Positions 48,363 to 58,082 of a stretch of 64,000 nt of DNA are shown one piece after another. Numbering within the stretch: position 1 is the first letter of the stretch; each line of letters begins with the position of its first letter. Source of the DNA: a virus; the IMG/VR virus record IMGVR_UViG_3300017917_000321, positions 1 to 64,000 of that record; one strand, written 5' to 3'. The position numbers and the translations under genes were made by a program. The notes under the pieces were generated by a model that saw nothing but the letters and a program-made list of their open reading frames with translations, was not told where the DNA came from and made no database searches.

Positions 48363-49593
48363 TTAGATCAATCTCTTTAATAACTGTTTCTGTTAGTGTG
48401 TCGAAAACTAGTACGGTTTGAAAGCTATCACTTTGACCATAAGGCATAGCAAAAATCTTATCATCAACTATTACACTAGCATTATATTTTTCTATTGTTG
48501 TGTTATCTGTAAAATGTTTACTTACATCTACACTGTAAAAACTATCATCAGCAGTATTCACAACAAGTATTTCTGCAAGATCGCCTTGACTTTTCCAATT
48601 TTCAAAAGGTTCACAAACACAACCGCCCCTGGGTATCCAATAGATTTTTCCTTTGCTATTTTCCCAACCTGTAAAATATTTTTTACTTTCTTTACCTAGA
48701 TTTACATTAACAGTTTTCCATTGGTCAGTGTTAGCGTCGATGATTAACATTTCACTCCATGACTCTTCATGACCTGCAGGAGGACAATACACTTTACCAT
48801 TTTTAGATACTGTATGACTGTAATATTTTCTCGAAGTTGCCTTTATTCCGGTACGCTCTGAGCTCCAGTTTGTTCCATTAAATTTTAACATTACGTCAAA
48901 GTTATCATTTTCACTATAAGGAGGTGCATACAATTTATTTCCTACCTGTGCCATAGTCGTATACTTTTTATTTGTTATAAACTTTTGGTCATCATAATCT
49001 TTCCACAGATTAGAAAAATCATTTAATTCATAACTAAAATCTCGACAATCTAGTTTTATAACATAGGGAAAATATGGAGGATCACAACGTTCTCCTCTTG
49101 GGACGCCGTAGATAAAATCACCTACAATTTTACTAGTATGCCATTTCTTCTGATCATTTATTGGACAGCGTATATGTTTGTAGAAAAGTTCTTTTGTGTA
49201 TACATCGTATGACAATGCATAATCAAATTCTTCAAATTCACCGTAAGGTAATGCTACAACCTTATTGCCCCATCTATGAGATGCTATGTATTTTCCTTTT
49301 TGTGGTAATGGAACGGATATCTGCTTTACTTCGTCAGTGTCTGTGTTAAGTACAATAATGCTAGTTTCGTTATAAGGAAAGAAAACAATAAAATTATCTA
49401 TTACAGTACCGTACTGCCATTTTTCAAAACTATCATCAACTGATAATTTTATTTTTGTAATTTCATAAGTATTAGGATTAATTTTAAGCATATAATCTAA
49501 ACTCTCTTTGAGGCCGTACGGCGGCACATAGATCATATTATTATTTCCTAGTGTAGGAAAACTAAATGCTTGCGGGGTCAAATTTATCTCCAA
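48352..49593 (-). CDS. Beta-propeller repeat protein (paralog)
   Basis: 8 repeats: IYVPPYG, IVFFPYN, VVALPYG, IYGVPRG, LYAPPYS, VYCPPAG, IYWIPRG, IFAMPYG. Confidence 0.6.
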   Translation of the reverse strand: MEINLTPQAFSFPTLGNNNMIYVPPYGLKESLDYMLKINPNTYEITKIKLSVDDSFEKWQYGTVIDNFIVFFPYNETSIIVLNTDTDEVKQISVPLPQKGKYIASHRWGNKVVALPYGEFEEFDYALSYDVYTKELFYKHIRCPINDQKKWHTSKIVGDFIYGVPRGERCDPPYFPYVIKLDCRDFSYELNDFSNLWKDYDDQKFITNKKYTTMAQVGNKLYAPPYSENDNFDVMLKFNGTNWSSERTGIKATSRKYYSHTVSKNGKVYCPPAGHEESWSEMLIIDANTDQWKTVNVNLGKESKKYFTGWENSKGKIYWIPRGGCVCEPFENWKSQGDLAEILVVNTADDSFYSVDVSKHFTDNTTIEKYNASVIVDDKIFAMPYGQSDSFQTVLVFDTLTETVIKEIDLNGL

Positions 49594-50017
49594 AGGCTGA
49601 TTTTAGATCAGATAACAACTTGTTTTGTACATCCTCGTAGGAATAGATTCCTACATTATCCCAATCAATCAAAAACATTTCCTCACCGTCAACTATTATA
49701 TTACTAAGCACCCAATCATAGTGTGCATACGGTGAAGTTTTCTTTATATTTTCTAAACAGAACTCATAAACTTTTTTTATAAATTCTTTTGTATGTTCTA
49801 GTTTGCTAGCTTCTATGCCACTAATCTTCTTGAAATCAATCCACATAGAATTATCTGTCCAGCCGTATCTTAAAATATATTCTGGCCAGATTCCTTTCAT
49901 TATACTGACATGTTTTTCTAGAGTCTGAACATCTTTAAAGTCCCAGGTCTTTCTGTAACAATCTTCAAGTTCAAAAACTTTTCTTTTCTTTTCAGGTGTT
50001 GATTTAACTAAGACCAT
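49562..50017 (-). CDS. Minimal kinase-like phosphotransferase (APH/RIO-like)
   Basis: HYDWVLSNII (HxDxxxxN) and LIDWD; only 151 aa. Confidence 0.7.
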   Translation of the reverse strand: MVLVKSTPEKKRKVFELEDCYRKTWDFKDVQTLEKHVSIMKGIWPEYILRYGWTDNSMWIDFKKISGIEASKLEHTKEFIKKVYEFCLENIKKTSPYAHYDWVLSNIIVDGEEMFLIDWDNVGIYSYEDVQNKLLSDLKSAFGDKFDPASI

Positions 50018-51044
50018 ATGCAGCAGCTACCTCCGGCAAGTAATCTTTAATACTAACTTTCCTCCAACTATCTAGTGCAGTTATTCTCTGTTTAAAGAGT
50101 TCAATCGCAGCAGGGTTTGCAGGAGCCGACGACCACATTCTAATATTTTTAGATTGATAGTTGTCTTTTAGACTTTGCGGTGCGTTTTTGCAATTGAGCC
50201 AATCCGGAGTATTTAAAATGTTTTCGTAATATCCGAAATTATTTTTGTCAGCATATTCTTCAATCTCATTTGTAAATGTAGCATTGAGCACACTTATAGT
50301 TGGTGTTAAATCTACTTTGCAGAAATCTGCATAGCGTTTAGCATTTTCGTGTATTTGATCCCACTTGCTCCCGTAGCGTATATAATCAATGCGCCTATCA
50401 ACTGCGTCAAGGCTAAGTGCCATTAAGACTTTATCAAATTTTCTAAGAATCTTTTCAAGCTTCGGATTCCATATAGTACAGTTAGTGTTAAAGCGAAGAG
50501 CAACACTTCTATCTAAACGTTCTAAAAATTCAGGAAGGTGCTTAACCATCATCGGTTCGCCACCTGTTAGATACACTTCTTTAATATCAGCAGTTTCTAT
50601 TCTTTGAAAAGTTTCTTCAGTAGCCCAGTTAAAATTAGGAATTTCTAAAATACTATATAGGGGTTGTACTCCTGCTTTGTGCATGTCTATTGCTTCTTCT
50701 GCAATACTGCTACTGCTCATGTTCCAGCAGCTTAAACACTTTAAATTACAACTGTTTCCAAATCTGAGATCAAAGTGGCTAAGACCTGGTCCATAAACTC
50801 TTGGCTTTTGACGTTGACTTTGAATGCCTTTAGCTTCTAAATTCCTGCAAGGTTCGCATGCCGCAGGCCAAACATCATTGTTCAATTGTTCCCTGATTTT
50901 AACATGAAACTCGCTGTCATGCCATTCTTGTGGAGTATGTGTAAAGATAGTTTCTTTATTTTCTGGTTCCAAACTAGCACAGCACAGACGATACTGACCG
51001 TCACTTCGTATACAAATTTGGTGTTCTAGATATTTACATTTCAT
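50004..51044 (-). CDS. Radical SAM protein with N-terminal twitch-like domain
   Basis: C..RLCC..CEPC; CNLKCLSC; TGGEP; FNTN. Confidence 0.88.
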   Translation of the reverse strand: MKCKYLEHQICIRSDGQYRLCCASLEPENKETIFTHTPQEWHDSEFHVKIREQLNNDVWPAACEPCRNLEAKGIQSQRQKPRVYGPGLSHFDLRFGNSCNLKCLSCWNMSSSSIAEEAIDMHKAGVQPLYSILEIPNFNWATEETFQRIETADIKEVYLTGGEPMMVKHLPEFLERLDRSVALRFNTNCTIWNPKLEKILRKFDKVLMALSLDAVDRRIDYIRYGSKWDQIHENAKRYADFCKVDLTPTISVLNATFTNEIEEYADKNNFGYYENILNTPDWLNCKNAPQSLKDNYQSKNIRMWSSAPANPAAIELFKQRITALDSWRKVSIKDYLPEVAAAYGLS

Positions 51045-51072
51045 GAGTAACTCTGGCTATTATATGCTAACA

Positions 51073-51082
51073 TAAATATTTA
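51073..51082. promoter_or_regulatory. Palindromic bidirectional late-promoter-like element TAAATATTTA
   Basis: Perfect 10-bp palindrome giving TAAATA on both strands, centred between divergent starts at 51044 (-) and 51115 (+). Confidence 0.55.
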
Positions 51083-51114
51083 GTAAAGGGTAACACCTAA
51101 GGTTCAATTATAGA

Positions 51115-52314
51115 ATGACTGTTGATAACAATACAAGTAAAAAATGCATACTTCCGTGGATTCATCTTAATGTTGAAACCAATGGTGATGTGTATCCCTG
51201 TTGTCAAGCAGACTTATCATTGCCGGCCCTTGGAAATTTAAATAAAAACACAGTTTCTGAGATACGAAACAGCGATAAATTTATTCAATTACGGCAGCAA
51301 ATGATAGATGGAATCGAACCTTCCTATTGTAGGGGCTGTTATGATAGAGAAAAACAATTTCCGGCATCAATGCAGAGCAAGCGTGTTAGAGAAAATAAGC
51401 AGTGGGAGAAGCTTTGGTCCTTAACTGATACTCCTACAGTAGGCGATCATATTTTTTATCTTGATGTAAGATACAGTAATGTATGTAATTTCAAATGTAG
51501 ATCTTGTGATCCTAGCGGAAGTCATTCTATTGCAGCTGAACAACAAAAGCTAGGGTTAAGTTCTGATGATTCTATTATTAGACGATTTGATTCTAGATCA
51601 ATATTTAAAGCAATAGATAATAATATATCTAATTTAGAAGAAATTTATTTTGTAGGCGGTGAACCGTTATTAATGGAAGAGCATTACATTCTTTTAGATA
51701 AATTAATAGCCGCAGGAAATACTTCAGTTAGGCTAAGATACAACACTAATCTAAGTAGGTTTGATTTTAAATCAAAAAATGTTTTAGAATACTGGAGTAA
51801 TTTTGATTCGATTTTAGTGAATGCAAGTTTAGATCATTACGGAAATAAATTAGAGTACATTCGTAACGGAGCAGACTGGAATATAATACAGCAAAATTTA
51901 AAAGATTTAAAGAATATACCTTCTGTAAAATTGCAAATACACTGGCTAATGTCGGTCTTTAATGCAACAGATATATTTGAAATATTTGATTATTATGTTT
52001 CTAATAACTTTATAAATGAAGAAGATTTTTTCTTAAATGTTTTACTTGATCCATATTATTACTGTATACAGACGTTGCATCCTACTCTAAAAATAGTAGT
52101 TAATGGTCAGATTGATTTACTTTTAGAAAAGTATAAAAACATAAACGAATTTTTAAGAACAAATCTGGAACAAATTAAATATCACATGAATGCGGTTAAT
52201 GCATGGGACATTCACAAAGACAGATTTATAAAAATAACTTCTTTACTAGATAATGCTAGAAATGAAAATTTTAAAGAAACTTTCCCTCAGTTAAAGGTAC
52301 AAATAGATGGATAA
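51115..52314 (+). CDS. Radical SAM protein with N-terminal twitch domain
   Basis: CILPWIH..PCC..CRGC; CNFKCRSC; VGGEP; YNTN. Confidence 0.9.
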   Translation: MTVDNNTSKKCILPWIHLNVETNGDVYPCCQADLSLPALGNLNKNTVSEIRNSDKFIQLRQQMIDGIEPSYCRGCYDREKQFPASMQSKRVRENKQWEKLWSLTDTPTVGDHIFYLDVRYSNVCNFKCRSCDPSGSHSIAAEQQKLGLSSDDSIIRRFDSRSIFKAIDNNISNLEEIYFVGGEPLLMEEHYILLDKLIAAGNTSVRLRYNTNLSRFDFKSKNVLEYWSNFDSILVNASLDHYGNKLEYIRNGADWNIIQQNLKDLKNIPSVKLQIHWLMSVFNATDIFEIFDYYVSNNFINEEDFFLNVLLDPYYYCIQTLHPTLKIVVNGQIDLLLEKYKNINEFLRTNLEQIKYHMNAVNAWDIHKDRFIKITSLLDNARNENFKETFPQLKVQIDG

Positions 52315-53026
52315 CACACATAAAGAAATACTTGAAAGATTTTGGAATGAAAATTCTAAACCTATTGAGTATAGATACCCTGATTTTTTTGATCCTAAAT
52401 GGACAGTGATGGAATCAGGATGGCCCTGTTTTAAATTGAGCATTTTTGATAATCAACCTTGGAAAGAAATGCACAAAGAAGCTGAACAGTTACTTGATAG
52501 TTTTCATCCACATAGAGAAGACTATGGTAATGGTTGGAAAAGTTTAACAATACATGGTCTAGATGAAGATACACAAAGTCTAGGACAGTATGGCAATGAT
52601 CGAAATAAGACGCTCGGCGAATTAGAGTGGACATGGGTAGCTGATAAGTGTCCTACAGTTAAAAAGTTTTTAACGGATGTGTGGCCTGCAGAATTTTTAA
52701 ACAGAGTAAGATTTATGCTCTTAGAACCAGGTGGTTATATACTACCTCATCAAGACAGACCTGATAGCCAAAAGCGTTTAAGTGTTTGTAACATTAGTTT
52801 GAATAATCCTGAGGGTTGTGAATTTCTTTTTAAAGGACACGGTAAAGTTCCCTTTAGTGATCAGGGTAGTGCCTTTTTAATGGATATATCAAATGTGCAT
52901 TCTGTATGGAATAGAAGTAACACTCCTAGACTGCATATGATTATACATTATGAGCTAGGGCATAGAATCAGAGACTTCTTTTATGTACTGCGCAGTAGCT
53001 ATTACACTAACAGAGGTGCAAAATGA
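52307..53026 (+). CDS. AspH-like 2OG-Fe(II) oxygenase
   Basis: GWKSL..RVRFMLLEPGGYILPHQD..HSVWN..PRLHMI. Confidence 0.8.
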   Translation: MDNTHKEILERFWNENSKPIEYRYPDFFDPKWTVMESGWPCFKLSIFDNQPWKEMHKEAEQLLDSFHPHREDYGNGWKSLTIHGLDEDTQSLGQYGNDRNKTLGELEWTWVADKCPTVKKFLTDVWPAEFLNRVRFMLLEPGGYILPHQDRPDSQKRLSVCNISLNNPEGCEFLFKGHGKVPFSDQGSAFLMDISNVHSVWNRSNTPRLHMIIHYELGHRIRDFFYVLRSSYYTNRGAK

Positions 53027-54504
53027 GAGATTGGAATAGCATTACATATGATAGATATCTTGATCATTACAAGCTAGATATTCCTGTTGGCTTAGGCATA
53101 CTAGATATTTCTAGAGACATTGATAGTGAGTTCGTAAGAAAAAGATCTTTCGATATGACCTTTTGGATGACCAATCAAAGTCTAAAGATGGGATATGGTA
53201 CCTATCGAGGATTTAATGATAAAGTAGAAGATATCTTAGAGGAAAGTCTATCTAAAGGTGATCATATTTGTATTATACAGTGCCAAGGTATGATGAGTCT
53301 TAGACTTGCACACATTATTTCAACTAGCGTTAATTACTTTAAACAAAATCCTGATAAGTTTGTGATAGGTCATATAATGGCTCGCAAGGGCCGTTATCCT
53401 GGAATACATAGACAGATGCTTATTGTAAATTTAAAAGTTTGGGAAAAGTTAGGTAAGCCACCTTATTTAGAGCAGGGGTTCTTTTGGGATAGAAAACGAG
53501 AGTACTGTAATTTTGAAGTCAGTGAAAATAAAATTGCAGCAGAATATACACCAGACTGGATAGGACCAAAAGAAGGTACATCTAAATTTGATAATACAGA
53601 AGATGGTGCTAATTGGGTTCACATAGCATTATCTAATGGGATAGTTATAGAAAATTTAAATCTTGAAATGAGAGAATGCAAGTGTTTCTTGTACCCCTAC
53701 GAAGATACTGCACAGTTAGAAAAAGTATGGAATAATCTTCAACAGGAAGAAGAAGTAGACAAACTTAAAAATTACAGTGCAAGAACATGGATGAGAAAAC
53801 TTGCCTATCAAGAATTTATTGAAAAGGATAGGGTCTATGCGTTTAATACTGAAAGACTAAGTGCTGACGGTGTTAGAAGTGATGGTCCAGTAGATCATTT
53901 GTTTAGTGCAGCAGCCGGTTTCAAACCTTTAGCATTATTAAGGAATAATAAGTTTCATGAAGGTACTACTGTACACTATTTTGATTGGTGTCGCGCAAGT
54001 TTAGACTTTAAGAAACATGTATTAGAAACATGGGACGGTTATGATTTTCATAAGTGGTTGCTAGAGAATGATGGTAAGTATAACCTATCCAGTACTTACA
54101 GAGGTAACTACGAAGAATTCTGGAGATTAGAACTAACCAAAGAATTCGGGTCTGCTGATCAGTTTAAAGAATTATGGGATCGTTATAGAAAATTAGAACA
54201 TCATTTCCATGTAATTGATATAGTTAGTGAGCCTGAAAAACTCTTTAACATAATTAATCAGACTACAGGTAATAGAGTACTTTGGACAACTAATATTTGG
54301 GCTAGTATGCAATTACACTGGAACGTTGAAATTGATGAACTAGAACAAAAATGGTTAAAGTTTCAGAGTCTAATACCTGAAGGTCTAGCAATCTACGGTC
54401 AAGACTACTTAGCTAGGGATATACAGCGTAGAGTAAGACATAAATTAGATTACACACACCCGCGGTATGTTAGTACTAATAAATATGTACAACAATGGGG
54501 GTAG
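53023..54504 (+). CDS. Hypothetical protein; C-terminal half possibly a SAM-binding (DUF3419/BtaA-like) fold
   Basis: 493-aa ORF with overlapping start; LFSAAAGFKPLALL..VHYFDW..SLDFKK pattern. Confidence 0.45.
   Translation: MRDWNSITYDRYLDHYKLDIPVGLGILDISRDIDSEFVRKRSFDMTFWMTNQSLKMGYGTYRGFNDKVEDILEESLSKGDHICIIQCQGMMSLRLAHIISTSVNYFKQNPDKFVIGHIMARKGRYPGIHRQMLIVNLKVWEKLGKPPYLEQGFFWDRKREYCNFEVSENKIAAEYTPDWIGPKEGTSKFDNTEDGANWVHIALSNGIVIENLNLEMRECKCFLYPYEDTAQLEKVWNNLQQEEEVDKLKNYSARTWMRKLAYQEFIEKDRVYAFNTERLSADGVRSDGPVDHLFSAAAGFKPLALLRNNKFHEGTTVHYFDWCRASLDFKKHVLETWDGYDFHKWLLENDGKYNLSSTYRGNYEEFWRLELTKEFGSADQFKELWDRYRKLEHHFHVIDIVSEPEKLFNIINQTTGNRVLWTTNIWASMQLHWNVEIDELEQKWLKFQSLIPEGLAIYGQDYLARDIQRRVRHKLDYTHPRYVSTNKYVQQWG
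54480..54485 (+). promoter_or_regulatory. Late-promoter-like TAAATA
   Basis: AATAAATA ~22 nt upstream of ATG 54508. Confidence 0.4.
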
Positions 54505-54507
54505 ACA

Positions 54508-55239
54508 ATGTACGGTCGCGTAATCAAAAACTATGATCCAATTAATCATGGCATAACTAAACACTTTTTGTATGAAACTAATGACTGGGATCTTATTGAA
54601 TTAAACTATAACGTAGATGTTGAACGTTTACAAGACTGGTGGAAGACCGTTCTAAAGAACTACGAGAACATGGTTTTTGATTTTAACAAGCACTACCAGT
54701 CTTTAGAATTAGAAAAAAGCAAAGAGATGGTAGAACAGGGCTACTGCGGATACTATTGCGGCCCGATTGACGGAGTCACACTAGCATGGCCCGAAGAAAA
54801 ATACGAAGCATTGCCTCCGCCTGTACAAGCCAACTTAGAAAAGTATCCAGAGGTCAACAGAGAAACTTTCTTTGATGACGCTACGCTATTACCTAAGTTA
54901 AGATTTGGATACTTTGACGAACTAATTAATGAACTAGGAGAAGATAGTTTCAGGCAAGCGATTGTTACTAGACATCATCCTGGAATGTATATTAGGCAGC
55001 ATAGAGACAGTAAGGTTTTAAAACTGCATATACCTATCGAGTCTCACGAAAATGCTTTCTTCCATTTTGGCGAAAATAAGGAACATGGCAAATATCATTT
55101 AAAGCCTGGAAAAGTTTACATACTTAACACAGGTGACTGGCATGGTACAACCAATGAGACTGATATTTTTAGATCTCATATTATAACAAGAATTGCAGAT
55201 TGGCATATACTAAAGGTAATTGGGATGACTAATGACTAA
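54508..55239 (+). CDS. AspH-like 2OG-Fe(II) oxygenase
   Basis: PGMYIRQHRD..KLHIPI..GKVYILNT..HGT.N..RSHI. Confidence 0.8.
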   Translation: MYGRVIKNYDPINHGITKHFLYETNDWDLIELNYNVDVERLQDWWKTVLKNYENMVFDFNKHYQSLELEKSKEMVEQGYCGYYCGPIDGVTLAWPEEKYEALPPPVQANLEKYPEVNRETFFDDATLLPKLRFGYFDELINELGEDSFRQAIVTRHHPGMYIRQHRDSKVLKLHIPIESHENAFFHFGENKEHGKYHLKPGKVYILNTGDWHGTTNETDIFRSHIITRIADWHILKVIGMTND

Positions 55240-55894
55240 GGTGATGAAAAGGTATATAGAGCAGTACGAGCCTATTGATTTAGGTTTTACTATTATGCCT
55301 TGGATACCTGTAGATGTACAAGCCATAAGAGAATGGTACACTGATTTAGAAAAAAATTACAGTGATTGGAAATTTGTAATAGGTGAAAATCATCATGTTT
55401 GGAAAATGCCTATCTCTGACCCCACAGGAGAGACAGGTCATATTTTGCCTGATGATGCATTTTATTATACTCTGTGTTGGAATGGAGATGAACCTGGACC
55501 AAAACCCTTTGAACAAGGTTGTGCAAAACCTGAGTACAGAGATGATGACAATGACGAATTAAATCCTAGACAGTGTTTTAATGGCTATGCATTAGATTTT
55601 GTAAAACAACTTCCGGTTAGAAGTAAGAAATGGTTAATAACAGGCCACACACCGGGAACTAAATTAATAACACATCAAGATGCTACCGATAAAATAAGAG
55701 TACACATTCCTATATACACTAATGAAGATAGTAACTGGACAATTAACGGTGAAGAATATCACATGGAGCCTGGGTGGGCATATCTAGTTAATACAACACT
55801 GCCACACAGTGTAGAAAATAAAGGTTCAACTAACAGAATACATTTATACGGTAAAGTATGGACTGATGATGTAAGGAAAGTATTGTGCGTGTAG
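55232..55894 (+). CDS. AspH-like 2OG-Fe(II) oxygenase
   Basis: PGTKLITHQD..RVHIPIYTN..GWAYLVNT..HSVEN..RIHL. Confidence 0.82.
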   Translation: MTKVMKRYIEQYEPIDLGFTIMPWIPVDVQAIREWYTDLEKNYSDWKFVIGENHHVWKMPISDPTGETGHILPDDAFYYTLCWNGDEPGPKPFEQGCAKPEYRDDDNDELNPRQCFNGYALDFVKQLPVRSKKWLITGHTPGTKLITHQDATDKIRVHIPIYTNEDSNWTINGEEYHMEPGWAYLVNTTLPHSVENKGSTNRIHLYGKVWTDDVRKVLCV

Positions 55895-56466
55895 TAATAA
55901 CAGGATCTAAAAAATCTAACACACCTGGACATGTAATGAATGGTTGGATGCATGATTATTTTGAAGATCATGAGATTATAACTATTTCTAAATCTAACGG
56001 TTATGACTTTTACACCGATTATGATAGGATATTAGAAGTAGCAAAGACGGCAGACATTTTCGTTAATAGTGCTGCCGTAGACAAATTTCAAATTAAATTT
56101 TTTCAAGACTTATATGGTCATGTACCTAAGATAATTTCTTTAGGAAGTATTGCAGCAGATTTTAGCGATGCACTTAATGATTTTTATCCAAAGATGAAAA
56201 AAGAGTTAAAGACAAAGCATAAGTTTTTACCTTTAACAAATCTTAATGTTTCTAGCGATATCTTGCATATTACTTTAACAGAGGTAGAAAATATAGAAGA
56301 ACATATTCAGGGTATGACCTACAATCAACTTAAAAGAATTTTAGATTTTTGGTTTGAAAATCCTTTCTTCACTAATATAGATTTAAAATACTTCACAGAA
56401 ACATACACTGACTCTGATAAGCTATCTAAAATACAGAGAGTGCTAGCACACTATGAAAATAAATAG
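55885..56466 (+). CDS. Short-chain dehydrogenase/Rossmann-like protein (divergent)
   Basis: VVITGS, DIFVNSA, IISLGS, YxxxK-like (YPKMK). Confidence 0.55.
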   Translation: MRVVITGSKKSNTPGHVMNGWMHDYFEDHEIITISKSNGYDFYTDYDRILEVAKTADIFVNSAAVDKFQIKFFQDLYGHVPKIISLGSIAADFSDALNDFYPKMKKELKTKHKFLPLTNLNVSSDILHITLTEVENIEEHIQGMTYNQLKRILDFWFENPFFTNIDLKYFTETYTDSDKLSKIQRVLAHYENK

Positions 56467-56914
56467 AATTTCTCAAGCAAACTTTAAATCCTTAATGGAG
56501 CAACAGAATATTACAGACCAAACCGTAGATAGCTCTAACGATTTCTATATCTGCTTAAATTCCACAGGATGGATACACAGTATCCCTTATTTTAAAGAAG
56601 AACACGCAAATGTAATCAATCTATATTTTGACGATGTTGAGTCATCAGGTCCAAAAGAGATACAATGGTTTGGCGGAGAAACAAAAATCATTGATGCAAT
56701 AGCAATGAACGAAAGTCAAGCAGAACAGCTAGTTAGGTTTATTTCTACAATACCTTCCGATGCTATTGTTTATATTTATTGTGCTAAAGGAAAGTCACGC
56801 TCGAGAGCTGTTGAAGATTTTATACTGAGCATTGAAACTAATATTGATACTATATCTGAAGGATCTAATCAACATGTTTATAAAAGTTTAAGAGAAGCCT
56901 ATGCTAGACTTTAA
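56453..56914 (+). CDS. Protein-tyrosine/dual-specificity phosphatase-like protein
   Basis: YIYCAKGKSRS (CX5R); LYFDD acid loop. Confidence 0.75.
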   Translation: MKINRISQANFKSLMEQQNITDQTVDSSNDFYICLNSTGWIHSIPYFKEEHANVINLYFDDVESSGPKEIQWFGGETKIIDAIAMNESQAEQLVRFISTIPSDAIVYIYCAKGKSRSRAVEDFILSIETNIDTISEGSNQHVYKSLREAYARL

Positions 56915-58082
56915 AATTAAAGAATTACCTAACATAAAGTTTTCACATACAGCACTACTCAATTATTATAATGAAGTAGTGCAAAATTATCAACATCTAA
57001 AATGGACACCGGCAGGTATTGATACTTTAAATCACAAAGTTGGCGGAGTTTATAGTTGGGCAATACAAAGTAACTTAAAGGACCCTTCGAAGCCCTGTCC
57101 TCCTTACGACATTAAAAACGACGTTGACATACATCCTAACAATGATTTTAAAGTCCCAACAGAACTAATTTTTGGATTTGGAAAAATAGTAGTTGAAGCG
57201 TTTCCTGAAGTTAGACAAACTGTTATAAGCGCACATCCTCCTGGAACAGTAATCGGTGAACACATAGATAATGATGAATTTGTAAAAATACATATACCTA
57301 TTAAAGCTAATAATAACAGCTTCTTTGTATTTGGCGATGAGAAATACAATTTAGAAGAAGGCAAGGCGTATCTTATTAATACAACACTACCTCATGGCAC
57401 TACAAACGAAGGTGATACAGATAGAATACATTTAATTTTTAAATTTCCAATTGAACTAGTTGATACTGTATTATCTACTGATTGGATACTTGATCCTAGC
57501 TTCATTGATTTTGATCTTTTAGAGATAAAAAATTTAGAGTTTGATTTTAACGAACTTGTTGATTACTATAATACAATTAAGCAAGACTATCAATATCTTA
57601 AATGGACAATGCCAGACATTCCTAAAACAAACCTAGGTGGTCTTTACGGATTTGGAATTTTAACAAACAAAGACAATCCTGACGACCCTACCGATCCTCC
57701 GGGAATACGTACGGATAAGAAAAAATTTGAACCTTTGATTAAACCTACAAAGATGCTAACAGGATTTGCTAAGAAGATCTACGAAAAGATTCCGTATCTA
57801 GAGGAATTGGTAATAACAGGTCATCCTGCTAACAGCGGTATCCCACCGCATATTGATAAGGATGAGCATATTCGTATACACTTACCTATTTTTGCTAATG
57901 ACAGATCATATTTTATGATAAACGGAAATGAGTATGTGTTAGAGCCCACTAAGGTATATCTAGTTAACACAAAAAGGATACATACTACTATAAACAGTGG
58001 AAATGAAGATAGAATACATCTACATTTTAAAATACCGATTGGTAAAATAGACTACTTTTTAAAGACCGGAGTAAAACTATGA
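56901..58082 (+). CDS. Tandem two-domain AspH-like 2OG-Fe(II) oxygenase
   Basis: Two full repeats: HIDN..IHIPI..YLINT..HGT.N..DRIHL and HIDK..IHLPI..YLVNT..HTT.N..DRIHL. Confidence 0.82.
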   Translation: MLDFKIKELPNIKFSHTALLNYYNEVVQNYQHLKWTPAGIDTLNHKVGGVYSWAIQSNLKDPSKPCPPYDIKNDVDIHPNNDFKVPTELIFGFGKIVVEAFPEVRQTVISAHPPGTVIGEHIDNDEFVKIHIPIKANNNSFFVFGDEKYNLEEGKAYLINTTLPHGTTNEGDTDRIHLIFKFPIELVDTVLSTDWILDPSFIDFDLLEIKNLEFDFNELVDYYNTIKQDYQYLKWTMPDIPKTNLGGLYGFGILTNKDNPDDPTDPPGIRTDKKKFEPLIKPTKMLTGFAKKIYEKIPYLEELVITGHPANSGIPPHIDKDEHIRIHLPIFANDRSYFMINGNEYVLEPTKVYLVNTKRIHTTINSGNEDRIHLHFKIPIGKIDYFLKTGVKL

